Assembly: GCA_041305185.1 (NCBI GenBank)
Contig: JBFYLW010000003.1
Location: 2,692-66,691, forward strand
Length of the DNA stretch: 64,000 nucleotides
Origin: Nanobdellota archaeon
Lineage (GTDB): Archaea; Nanobdellota; Nanobdellia; Woesearchaeales; ARS49
Direction: 5' to 3'
Shown here: positions 46,977-55,227 of the stretch, piece after piece
Position numbering within the stretch: the first letter of the stretch is position 1
Layout of the letters: every line of letters begins with the position of its first letter
Translations under genes and position numbers: made by a program
The notes under the pieces: generated by a model
What the model saw: the letters and a program-made list of their open reading frames with translations, nothing else
Told to the model about the DNA's origin: nothing
The model's database searches: none

Positions 46977-48455
46977 TTATGCTTTGATGCATTTTTCCGC
47001 TATTTTTTGGAAGTGTAGTCCGAGGATTGCAAGTTCTACTGCTACTGGGAATGCTTTTGTTTTTTTGAAGAATGTTTTGAAAAGCAATTTCCAGTAGTAT
47101 TTGCGTGAGTTTGAGAAAATGCCTATTTTCCAGATGCTTAATAGGAATGCTTTTATTTCTTGTACTTTTATCTTGGTTTTTGCTTTTGGGCTGTAGTTTT
47201 GTATGAACGTGTTTATTCTTTCATAGTATTCCTTTGGAGAGTATATTGTTGAGAGTAGTTTTCTGTATCCGTTGAGGAGTTTTTCTTCTCCCATTTTTGG
47301 GATGAAATTTATTTTTGCGTCGGTATTTTCGCCTGTAAACTCTTTAAGAAGCCTGTTTTCTGCTTTGAGTCTGTGCCAGAGTCTTGTTTGGGGCACTGCA
47401 GTCAGCACTCCTACCATTGCTACGACGCATCCTGCCTGTTGGATGAAATTGATTTGTGACTGGAAGATGCTTTCTGTGTCATGGTCGAATCCTACTATGA
47501 ATCCGCCCATTACTTGCATGCCGTGCTGTTGGATTGTTTTGACTGTGTCGAGAAGGTTTCTGCTTGTGTTTTGTATTTTTCCTGCTTCTATCAGGCTTTC
47601 TTCGCTTGGTGTTTCTATGCCCAAAAATACTCTTGAGAAGTTTGCTTTGGTCATTAAATTCATTAGTTCTTCGTCGTCAGCCAGATTCGTGCTTGCTTCT
47701 GTTAAAAATAGGAATGGGTATTTGTGTTGTTCCTGCCATTTGATTACGTGCGGCAATAGTTCTTTTGCTTTCAGCTTGTTGCCGATGAAGTTGTCGTCGA
47801 CTACAAAAACTGTTCCTCTCCACCCGTTGTCGTATAGTGTCTGGAATTCTGTTATTACTTGTTCTGATGTTTTTGTGCGGGGTATTCTGCCGTTCATTAT
47901 TACGATGTCGCAGAATTCGCAGTTAAATGGGCATCCTCTTGAGTATTGTATTGCCATTGCCGAGTAATCTTTTGGGTTGATTAAATCCCAATAGGGCACT
48001 GGTGTTTTTGTTATGTCTGGGCGTTCTGTTGAGGTGTACATTGGCTGGGGGTGTCCCTCTTCCAGGTCTTTGAGGAATAATGGCAGTGTGACTTCTCCTT
48101 CGTTTAGCACGAAGTGGTCGACTTCTTTGAAGTTTTCGTGGAATGTTGAAAAAAGGGGTCCTCCTGCTACTATTTTTTTTTCTTTTTCTTTGCATCTTGT
48201 GATTATTTCCTGCGCGTTTTTCTTTTGGACTGTCATGGCGCTTATGAATACCATGTCTGCCCATTCGAGTTCTTGGTCTGTTATTTCTTTCACGTTCGCG
48301 TCTACGAGTTTCAAATTCCATTCTTTTGGCAGCATTGCTGCAATTGTGAGTAGTCCTAATGGCGGGAATGATGCTTTTTTTGATATGAATTTTAGTACGT
48401 GTTTGAAACTCCAGAATGTGTTTGGGTATTGCGGGTATACTAATAGTACGTTCAT
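46977..48455 (-). CDS. B12-binding-domain radical SAM protein (class B)
   Basis: CxxxCxxC 'YSRGCPFNCEFCDIV'; N-terminal B12-binding-like region. Confidence 0.75.
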   Translation of the reverse strand: MNVLLVYPQYPNTFWSFKHVLKFISKKASFPPLGLLTIAAMLPKEWNLKLVDANVKEITDQELEWADMVFISAMTVQKKNAQEIITRCKEKEKKIVAGGPLFSTFHENFKEVDHFVLNEGEVTLPLFLKDLEEGHPQPMYTSTERPDITKTPVPYWDLINPKDYSAMAIQYSRGCPFNCEFCDIVIMNGRIPRTKTSEQVITEFQTLYDNGWRGTVFVVDDNFIGNKLKAKELLPHVIKWQEQHKYPFLFLTEASTNLADDEELMNLMTKANFSRVFLGIETPSEESLIEAGKIQNTSRNLLDTVKTIQQHGMQVMGGFIVGFDHDTESIFQSQINFIQQAGCVVAMVGVLTAVPQTRLWHRLKAENRLLKEFTGENTDAKINFIPKMGEEKLLNGYRKLLSTIYSPKEYYERINTFIQNYSPKAKTKIKVQEIKAFLLSIWKIGIFSNSRKYYWKLLFKTFFKKTKAFPVAVELAILGLHFQKIAEKCIKA

Positions 48456-48547
48456 AATCTTGGTTTTTGGCTGTTTTATTTAAAATTGTTTTGGATATTT
48501 TGCGTGCTTTGATAAAGCTTTTAAAGTGCAAATGTTGAGCTGTTTTC

Positions 48548-49423
48548 ATGCAAAGGGGTTATTATCTTGTTTTGGCTACTGCTTTTATCAGTGGTATCTC
48601 TATTTTTCTCAACAAATATGCGGTGGAAGGTCTTGACCCGTACTTTTTCGCGTTTTCTAAGAATGTTTTGGTTGCAGTTTTTCTTTTCTCGATGCTTTTG
48701 TTGATGGGTGAGTGGGCTGATTTTAAAGCGTTAAAACTGAAGCAGTGGTTGTTGTTAATCATTGTCGGTCTTGTTGGCGGTTCTGTTCCATTTTTGTTGT
48801 TCTTTAAGGGTTTGCAGTTGACTTCTGCTGCCAGTGCTTCTTTTGTTCATAAGAGCATGTTTGTTTTTGTTGCAGTGCTTGCTTTTGTTTTCCTTAAGGA
48901 ACGTATTAATTTGAAATTTTTGGTTGGCGCAGCTCTTCTTTTGGCAGGTAATTTCCTGCTGGTTAAGTTTGCCTGGGGTTTTGATTTTGGTGCTTTGCTT
49001 GTTTTGGGTGCTGTTGTATTGTGGGCTGTTGAGAATACTTTGTCCAAATATCTCTTGCGTGAGCTTTCCTCGCGTGTTGTTGCTTTTGGCAGGATGTTTT
49101 TTGGCTCATTGTTCATTCTGGTTTTTCTTGCCATTAAAGGCAGTATTTCTCAGATTCTTACATTGTCTGTCAGTCATATTGAGTGGGTTTTGTTTACAAG
49201 CATTCTTTTGTTGTTGTACGTGGCTACTTGGTATGAGGGTTTGAGAACGATTGATGTTTCAACTGCAGCGTGCATTTTGCTGCTTGGTTCTGTTGTGACT
49301 TCTGTTTTGCAGTTTGCTTTTGGTAATGTGTTTTCTGTTGTTCAGGGGGTTGGTGTGGTGTTGCTTGTTGTGGGGGTTGTGATTGTTTGGTCTTCCCGCG
49401 TCAGGCAGCCTGTTTTGGCATGA
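48548..49423 (+). CDS. EamA/DMT-superfamily transporter
   Basis: Ten predicted TM helices in two 5-TM halves. Confidence 0.65.
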   Translation: MQRGYYLVLATAFISGISIFLNKYAVEGLDPYFFAFSKNVLVAVFLFSMLLLMGEWADFKALKLKQWLLLIIVGLVGGSVPFLLFFKGLQLTSAASASFVHKSMFVFVAVLAFVFLKERINLKFLVGAALLLAGNFLLVKFAWGFDFGALLVLGAVVLWAVENTLSKYLLRELSSRVVAFGRMFFGSLFILVFLAIKGSISQILTLSVSHIEWVLFTSILLLLYVATWYEGLRTIDVSTAACILLLGSVVTSVLQFAFGNVFSVVQGVGVVLLVVGVVIVWSSRVRQPVLA

Positions 49424-50112
49424 ATGGTGTTGAGCTTTGCTGCAAATTTTCTAATATTACAAATCGTTTGAATTATTGCGGTCCTTCTCATGCGCACCAA
49501 TGTTTTGCCAGATTTATGCAGTCTGGCGAGGGTGAAAAAGAAGTTCGCGAGTTGTTGGGTAAATTTGAGGGTTTGTTTCCTTATTTGCAGTTTATTGCTA
49601 AAAAGCACGATCTTGAGCCGTTTGATTACAGGGTGGTGGAAGCGTATTGGCTTGGCAATGAGCTTCTTGACGTTTTTACAGCAGAGGATTTCAAAGCTTT
49701 CCTGCCTGAGCTTGGAAAGAGGGGTTTGCCTGCTAAAGTTGTAAGTCAATTGCGGGAGAATGTTCCTGCTGGCGCCTTTCCTCATCATACTTTTAATGTT
49801 TTGTTTGTTGGTGTTGGCCAGATTACCGGCAGTGTTCCGACGACTTTGGAGAATATGCAGAATTGTATGGCTTCCTGGGGTGAGGTTGTTGCGCCGTTAA
49901 AAGTTAAAGGCCCTGTTCTTAATGTCCTGAATGGCAGGTATGTGCTGTCTGACACAGAAAGAGAGGTTAAATTTGCTGTCAGTCCGAAGATTGGCGATAA
50001 GGTGGCGATGCATTGGGGTGAGTGCGTTCATATTCTTAACCCGCGCCAGTACGAAAATCTTCAGAAATACACTGAGAAAGTTATCAGCGCGGTTAACTCA
50101 GTTTCTCAATAA
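49420..50112 (+). CDS. hypothetical protein (ATGA-coupled to transporter)
   Basis: Start re-assigned to ATG 49420; Cys/His-containing N-terminus 'NYCGPSHAHQCF'. Confidence 0.3.
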   Translation: MNGVELCCKFSNITNRLNYCGPSHAHQCFARFMQSGEGEKEVRELLGKFEGLFPYLQFIAKKHDLEPFDYRVVEAYWLGNELLDVFTAEDFKAFLPELGKRGLPAKVVSQLRENVPAGAFPHHTFNVLFVGVGQITGSVPTTLENMQNCMASWGEVVAPLKVKGPVLNVLNGRYVLSDTEREVKFAVSPKIGDKVAMHWGECVHILNPRQYENLQKYTEKVISAVNSVSQ

Positions 50113-50238
50113 CAATGCCGAACTGTACGAGTACTTCGTCTCCTTTTTTGACTTTGATGTCTTTTGCTATTGCTTCTCTTTGTTCTCCTTTGTAATCTAT
50201 CAAGGCTTTTCCGTCTTTTACTTCCACTACTTTTCCTT

Positions 50239-50472
50239 TTATTGCGAGGCACATGTTGAGTATATTCTGTTGTATAGGTCTGCTACTGTTTTCATTTGCT
50301 TGAATTCTGTTTCTGAGATGTATATGCCCAGATCGAATTCTATGTTTGCTAATAGTTCAATTGGTGATAATTCATCTTTGAATATGATATTAAGGCGGTC
50401 TGTTGGTTTTACTCCCCGGGCTGCGTATTTGCTGTTTAGCATTGGTATTATTATCTCTGTTAATTCGTTCAT
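50239..50472 (-). CDS. acyl-carrier-protein-like small protein (start re-assigned to MNELTE)
   Basis: 77 aa; 'FKDELSPIELLANIEFDLGIYISETEFKQMKTVADLYNRI' follows the ACP helix II/III pattern (DSLxxVELxMxxEExFGIEIPDEE). Confidence 0.4.
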   Translation of the reverse strand: MNELTEIIIPMLNSKYAARGVKPTDRLNIIFKDELSPIELLANIEFDLGIYISETEFKQMKTVADLYNRIYSTCASQ

Positions 50473-51371
50473 TTTGCATAGTCTATGAATATGTCTTTTG
50501 ATTTTAGGAATTTTACAGCGCTGATTCCTGCGTTGCACCCGTCTCCTACGTTTTTTGCCAGTTGTCTGCATTTTTGCATGCAGTTGCCTGCCGCGAATAC
50601 TCCTGGCACGCTGGTCATTCCGTTTTCATCGGTCTGTATTATTCCATCTTTCATTGTTATTCCTAGTTTTGCTGCAAAGCTTGTTGCTCCTGCTGTTCCG
50701 CAGGCGAGGTATGCTGCGTCATATTCTTCTTCGCCTTTTTCAAATGTTATTTTCTTCAAAAACTTGTCTGCCACGAACTCTTTAACTCTTGCTGTTTTCA
50801 TTTTTATTTTTCTTTTTTTGAGTTCCTGCAGTAATTTTTTGTCTATGTTAAATTTCTCTGCGTGTGATATTATTGTGATGTTTTTAGTGTATGATGTGAG
50901 TTCTATTGCGTCTTCTGCTGCGAAGTTTCCGTTGCCTATTACTGCTACTTTTTTCCCTTTGTACATTGGTCCGTCGCAGCTTGGGCAGGTGTGGACTCCT
51001 TTGCCCATTAGTTCTTTTTCTCCTTTGATTCCTGACCATTGTATTGGTATGCCTGTTGCGATGATTATTGTTTTTGCTTCGTATGTTTTTTGTGTTGTTT
51101 TTACTTTGAAAGTCTTGTTTTTTTGTATGCTTACCGCTTCTTCTTGTATTATTTTAGCTCCCCATTTTTCAGCTTGCTGTATGCCTAATTCAAGGAGTTT
51201 CTTGCCGTTTATCCCGTTTGGGTATCCGAAGTAGTTGAAGATTTCTGGCGCGTAAGAAAGCTGGCTTTTGTCTTTTTTGCCTATTACGAGTGTTTTTAGT
51301 TGTGCTCGTGCTGTGAATATGGCTGATGTGAGTCCTGCTGGTCCGCTTCCTATTATGATTACGTCTTGCAT
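50469..51371 (-). CDS. trxB: thioredoxin reductase
   Basis: FAD motif 'VIIIGSGPAGLTSA', redox-active 'CPSCDG', NAD(P)H motif 'VAVIGNGNFAAE', 'FAAGNC'. Confidence 0.8.
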   Translation of the reverse strand: MQDVIIIGSGPAGLTSAIFTARAQLKTLVIGKKDKSQLSYAPEIFNYFGYPNGINGKKLLELGIQQAEKWGAKIIQEEAVSIQKNKTFKVKTTQKTYEAKTIIIATGIPIQWSGIKGEKELMGKGVHTCPSCDGPMYKGKKVAVIGNGNFAAEDAIELTSYTKNITIISHAEKFNIDKKLLQELKKRKIKMKTARVKEFVADKFLKKITFEKGEEEYDAAYLACGTAGATSFAAKLGITMKDGIIQTDENGMTSVPGVFAAGNCMQKCRQLAKNVGDGCNAGISAVKFLKSKDIFIDYAK

Positions 51372-51402
51372 AAATTGAAAAAAGAATTGTTGGTTTATAT
51401 AT

Positions 51403-51822
51403 TTATTCCAGCGAGCATCCTGTTTTCTCGCTTAGCGTTTCCAGAGGCATTTCTCCGGGGATTTTTTCTCCGTTTATGTCCCAGGTGGGATATCCTGTTA
51501 TGCCTGCGAACTCGCACGCGTCTGTCTGTCCGCCCTTTGCGTCAGCGCATTCTATGTAGTTTACGTGCTGGATGCTGTCTCCGAACATTTTTTTCTGGTT
51601 TTGGCAGTGTCCGCACCAGGTTGCTCCGTACAATGTTGCTCCTTTTTCTGTCAAACACTTTGCGAAACCGTCATATTTTGATGCAGGTGTTGTTGGTGTT
51701 TTTTTAGGCATTATTTTGTCCTGCAGGAACGCGAATGCTACTACTACTATTACGAGTGCTGCTATGATGAATATTGTGTTTTTGTTCATTTTTTCACCCT
51801 TGTTTTGGCTGTTGTTATTCAT
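51403..51822 (-). CDS. membrane-anchored thioredoxin-like protein (VKOR-associated Trx-like type)
   Basis: TM anchor then 'LYGATWCGHCQNQKKMFG' CxxC motif typical of VKOR-fused Trx-like domains. Confidence 0.6.
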   Translation of the reverse strand: MNNNSQNKGEKMNKNTIFIIAALVIVVVAFAFLQDKIMPKKTPTTPASKYDGFAKCLTEKGATLYGATWCGHCQNQKKMFGDSIQHVNYIECADAKGGQTDACEFAGITGYPTWDINGEKIPGEMPLETLSEKTGCSLE

Positions 51823-51895
51823 ATATAAATCTTATCAACATTAAATACGCTACTTATTAGTAGTTACATGAGAAAGCTTTATATAACTTCCTGTC

Positions 51896-52774
51896 TTGAA
51901 ATGGCATATGGACTTGGTAGAACTGGTTAAAGCAAGGCTGGAATACGCGCAGAGGGCTTTGATTTCTGCGAATGCTGCTTCTGCAGAGGGCAGGGTTGTT
52001 ATGATGATGCATCAGCTGGGAGTGTCTGATTGTCATATTAATGAAGCAGGTATAGCTCTTGGCGACCCTTCTTTTGAGGTTGATGATAAGGTTTATTCAT
52101 CTCTTCAATCGTCTTTTGAAAGGGCTTCTCAGAAGCTTAATGATGCCAGGGCAAAAATTCTGGAAATCGGCTGCAGGAATGCTGTTTTTAATTCTCTTAA
52201 TGATGCCAAGTCTTCGGCTGACCCTTATGAACTGAGGTTTTCTCTTTCTTATGCTCGTTTTGCTTCTCGTTTTTTGGATGATGCTGATTTGTCTGCCCGT
52301 ATTAAGTCTGCAGAGGTTGTTTTTCAGGAAAAATATATTGCTTCTTATCTTGCTTCTGCTTTGCGTTCTGCAGAAAAAGGCAGGGTTGCGGAGATGGAGG
52401 CTGATTTGGATTCTGCAATGCTTAATGGCTTTCTTGAGGATATTTCTGACAAAGTGAGAAGCATTTCCAGGTTTGGATACAAAAACGCGTTATACTCTTG
52501 TATTGAGAATGCAAGAAAAAGTAGTCTGATTGATTCTGAGGATGTTCATTCTGCAGTTGAGCAGATGGAGAATAATGTTTTGAATGCCCGTTTGTATGCA
52601 AAGCGTATTGGCAGGACTGTTGAGAAAGTATTAAGCGGGATAAGATTGTCTGGCTACAAGAATGCTTTGACTATTGCTGTTGGCAAATCTGAATCGTCAG
52701 AGGGTAAAGAACAGCAAAGGTATATCGAGCTTGGCTTGTATTGTTCTGCTAAGGTTAAGGAACTGTCTGAATGA
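51896..52774 (+). CDS. hypothetical alpha-helical protein
   Basis: 292-aa ORF, Ala/Ser-rich helical. Confidence 0.3.
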   Translation: MKWHMDLVELVKARLEYAQRALISANAASAEGRVVMMMHQLGVSDCHINEAGIALGDPSFEVDDKVYSSLQSSFERASQKLNDARAKILEIGCRNAVFNSLNDAKSSADPYELRFSLSYARFASRFLDDADLSARIKSAEVVFQEKYIASYLASALRSAEKGRVAEMEADLDSAMLNGFLEDISDKVRSISRFGYKNALYSCIENARKSSLIDSEDVHSAVEQMENNVLNARLYAKRIGRTVEKVLSGIRLSGYKNALTIAVGKSESSEGKEQQRYIELGLYCSAKVKELSE

Positions 52775-53008
52775 TTCTTTTAGTGTTTTGGGCAGTCCTA
52801 GTTCTGTTTGCTGGTCCCATTTGATGAAGAATTCGAGGTGTCTTTCTATTTTTTTTGCTAGTTCTATCTGTTCGTTAATTGTTTGTATTGTTGCTTCCGG
52901 TGTTGTGGCTAGTATTATGTGTTTCTTGTTTATTTGTTCTTCTGCGGCTGCCAGGGTTGCGGGTATGCTTTTGAGCAGGGTTTGGTAATATCTTAGCAGG
53001 TTTGTCAT
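52697..53008 (-). CDS. hypothetical small protein
   Basis: 103-aa ORF convergent with upstream gene (overlaps its 3' end). Confidence 0.25.
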   Translation of the reverse strand: MTNLLRYYQTLLKSIPATLAAAEEQINKKHIILATTPEATIQTINEQIELAKKIERHLEFFIKWDQQTELGLPKTLKESFRQFLNLSRTIQAKLDIPLLFFTL

Positions 53009-53086
53009 GATGAATTTTTTAGTATATCTGTTTTTTTAAATCTTTGGAACATAAAACATTTAAACAGGTATTTTTTCCTGATTTTT

Positions 53087-53485
53087 ATGAATAAGATTAA
53101 CTTGTATAAATCAAAGGATTTCGACTGGTATCATTATTTGGATGTTATGCCTATCCGCACTAGAAGAGATGCTATTGATTTTCTTTTGAAAAACCAGGAT
53201 ATCCCTCTTCCTGATGGTGCTGAATTGTCGTCTGATGACTGGATTCCTGCTGAGAATCCTGCCCTGATTCAACGACTTGCTGTTCCTTTCGTTGTTGGCT
53301 ACAAGTATTATATTAAGCAGGAGCCGCGTGATGGTCTTGGTTATTTCCTGGCTGCTGTTAAGGTTGGTGATGAGGAAAAACTGCTTTTTTCAAAGGTGAA
53401 TGGTGATGAGTCTCATTTGCATCTTTTGTCCAAAAATCAGCTGCGTTTTCCTGAGAAAAGCGACCACATCAATTACCGGTGGTAA
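53087..53485 (+). CDS. hypothetical protein
   Basis: 132-aa ORF. Confidence 0.3.
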   Translation: MNKINLYKSKDFDWYHYLDVMPIRTRRDAIDFLLKNQDIPLPDGAELSSDDWIPAENPALIQRLAVPFVVGYKYYIKQEPRDGLGYFLAAVKVGDEEKLLFSKVNGDESHLHLLSKNQLRFPEKSDHINYRW

Positions 53486-53517
53486 ATATTTAAAAGCTGG
53501 CTGCTTTCTTTGTTTGT

Positions 53518-54324
53518 ATGCTTAAACCAAGAAAGAGGTCTTCTCATAAAGGTCAGAACGGCGTGGTTCTTGTTATCGGCGGTTCTGAAGAATACATCGG
53601 CGCTCCTGCTCTTGTTGGCATGTCTGCTCTTGCTGTTTTAAGAAGTGGTGCTGACTTGGTGTATGTTGCTGCTCCTGAGAAGGTTGCGTGGGCAATAAAC
53701 TGTATTTCTTCTGATGTCATAACGAGAAAAATCAAATGCGAGAATTTCAGTGTCAAGAATGTCAGTGAAGTTCTGAGGCTTTCAAAGGATGTTGATGTTG
53801 TTGTTATTGGCAATGGCATTGCTTTCACTCCTGGAGCAAAGGAATTCATGCAGCAAATCATTAAGAAAGTCAGCAAGCCTTTGGTTATTGATGCTGGCGC
53901 TTTGCATGTTATCCGTCTTCAAGATGTTAAGAATGCCGTATTGCTGCCTCACGCTAAGGAGTTTGAAGCTTTGTTGAAGAACAGTAAGTTAACAAGAGAC
54001 TCTGTTCAGAGGCATCTTGGCAGTAATGTCCTTGTGATAAAGGGTCATCCGAAGACGGTTATAATGAGCCAATCAAAAACAGCTGTTAACACTTCTGGAA
54101 ATGCTGGTATGACTCATGGTGGTACTGGCGATGTTCTTGCAGGCATTGTTGCTGGGTTGATGGCGCAGGGCAATGATTTGTTTACCTCTGCCAGGATTGC
54201 CGCTTACGTTAACGGCAAGGCCGGCGAATTGTTGTGCAAAAAGCTTGGTTTTGGTTATCTTGCAAGTGATTTGGTTGCAGTGTTTCCTTTAATTCTTAAG
54301 AAGTTTCAGAAGGAGAATAATTGA
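53518..54324 (+). CDS. ADP-dependent NAD(P)H-hydrate dehydratase (YjeF C-terminal/carbohydrate kinase-like)
   Basis: 'KGQNGVVLVIGGSEEYIGAPALVGMSAL', 'HGGTGDVLAGIVAGLMAQG'. Confidence 0.75.
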   Translation: MLKPRKRSSHKGQNGVVLVIGGSEEYIGAPALVGMSALAVLRSGADLVYVAAPEKVAWAINCISSDVITRKIKCENFSVKNVSEVLRLSKDVDVVVIGNGIAFTPGAKEFMQQIIKKVSKPLVIDAGALHVIRLQDVKNAVLLPHAKEFEALLKNSKLTRDSVQRHLGSNVLVIKGHPKTVIMSQSKTAVNTSGNAGMTHGGTGDVLAGIVAGLMAQGNDLFTSARIAAYVNGKAGELLCKKLGFGYLASDLVAVFPLILKKFQKENN

Positions 54325-54862
54325 ATTTGTCTATTATGCGTATGTAATCATATGCTTTGTTTTTTGATTTTATTGTCACTGGTGTTTTATGTCTGGTTTT
54401 GTTTTTCGGGTATTTTTTTATGCCGAAGTTGTAATAAGTCCCTCCATTGATTGCATGTATCTTGTATGATATTGTTTCGTTTTTTGGAAGCAGTGAGCCG
54501 CAGGTTTTGATTAAGCCTTTTGGATATAGTTTATAATATCTGCTTTTCTTGCTTAGTTGCAAGTCTTTTTTTCTGGCGTGCACTCTGCCGCATAAGAATG
54601 CTATTTTTCCTTTTATTTTCATTAATTTTTTCGCCATTATTTCGTCAGCTCCTTCTATGAAAAAAATTTTTATCTTGTTTTTTCTGAGTTCTTTTATCAG
54701 TTTTTTATTTGCTTGTGATTGTCTTCCATCATTCGCAATTCCTTTTGAGGGATATTCTATTGATGCTTGGTTCAATTTGTGTTTTCTTATTATTTTGAGA
54801 AATTCTTCAGGGCATTCTTTCGTCCCGTGCATCTCGCCGACCAAAATATATTTTATTTGCAT
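54296..54862 (-). CDS. hypothetical protein, possibly ChaN/Tiki-like (start re-assigned to MQIKYILVGEMHG)
   Basis: 'ILVGEMHGTKECPEE' resembles GumN/ChaN family 'hhGxxH' N-terminus; weak. Confidence 0.25.
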   Translation of the reverse strand: MQIKYILVGEMHGTKECPEEFLKIIRKHKLNQASIEYPSKGIANDGRQSQANKKLIKELRKNKIKIFFIEGADEIMAKKLMKIKGKIAFLCGRVHARKKDLQLSKKSRYYKLYPKGLIKTCGSLLPKNETISYKIHAINGGTYYNFGIKKYPKNKTRHKTPVTIKSKNKAYDYIRIIDKFNYSPSETS

Positions 54863-54882
54863 TTTAAAATAAAATAAAAAAA

Positions 54883-55155
54883 TTATTTCTTTACAAAATG
54901 ATTCCAGAGTGTTGCGAATACGTATCCGAAGATGTAGCCGAAAACGAATGTCATGACTACTAGCAGTATCGCAGACATCAAATGGAATGGCATTATAGTG
55001 ACGGGTACTGATATCCTGTGAAGTCCTAGCATCCAGTCCATGAACTTTTGCACTCCGCTTGGGGTTATTGCTACGAATATAGTCCATACTAAGTGTATAA
55101 GTGCAAAGAAACAGCCTAATACTAGTCCTGTTTTCTTTCCATCCAATTTAGCCAT
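54883..55155 (-). CDS. small three-TM membrane protein
   Basis: 90 aa, hydrophobic helices. Confidence 0.3.
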   Translation of the reverse strand: MAKLDGKKTGLVLGCFFALIHLVWTIFVAITPSGVQKFMDWMLGLHRISVPVTIMPFHLMSAILLVVMTFVFGYIFGYVFATLWNHFVKK

Positions 55156-55227
55156 TTTATCACCTCACCCCTTATCAGGCATTTGTCAGAATTAAACCTA
55201 TGGTGTGTACTGCATATATTGTCGTAC

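Noticed and set aside
47272-48549. Several ORFs (47272..47967 +, 47923..48549 -, 48013..48483 +) overlapping the radical SAM gene
   Set aside because: The radical SAM frame carries the CxxxCxxC motif and B12-binding domain; the overlapping frames are compositionally biased shadow ORFs.
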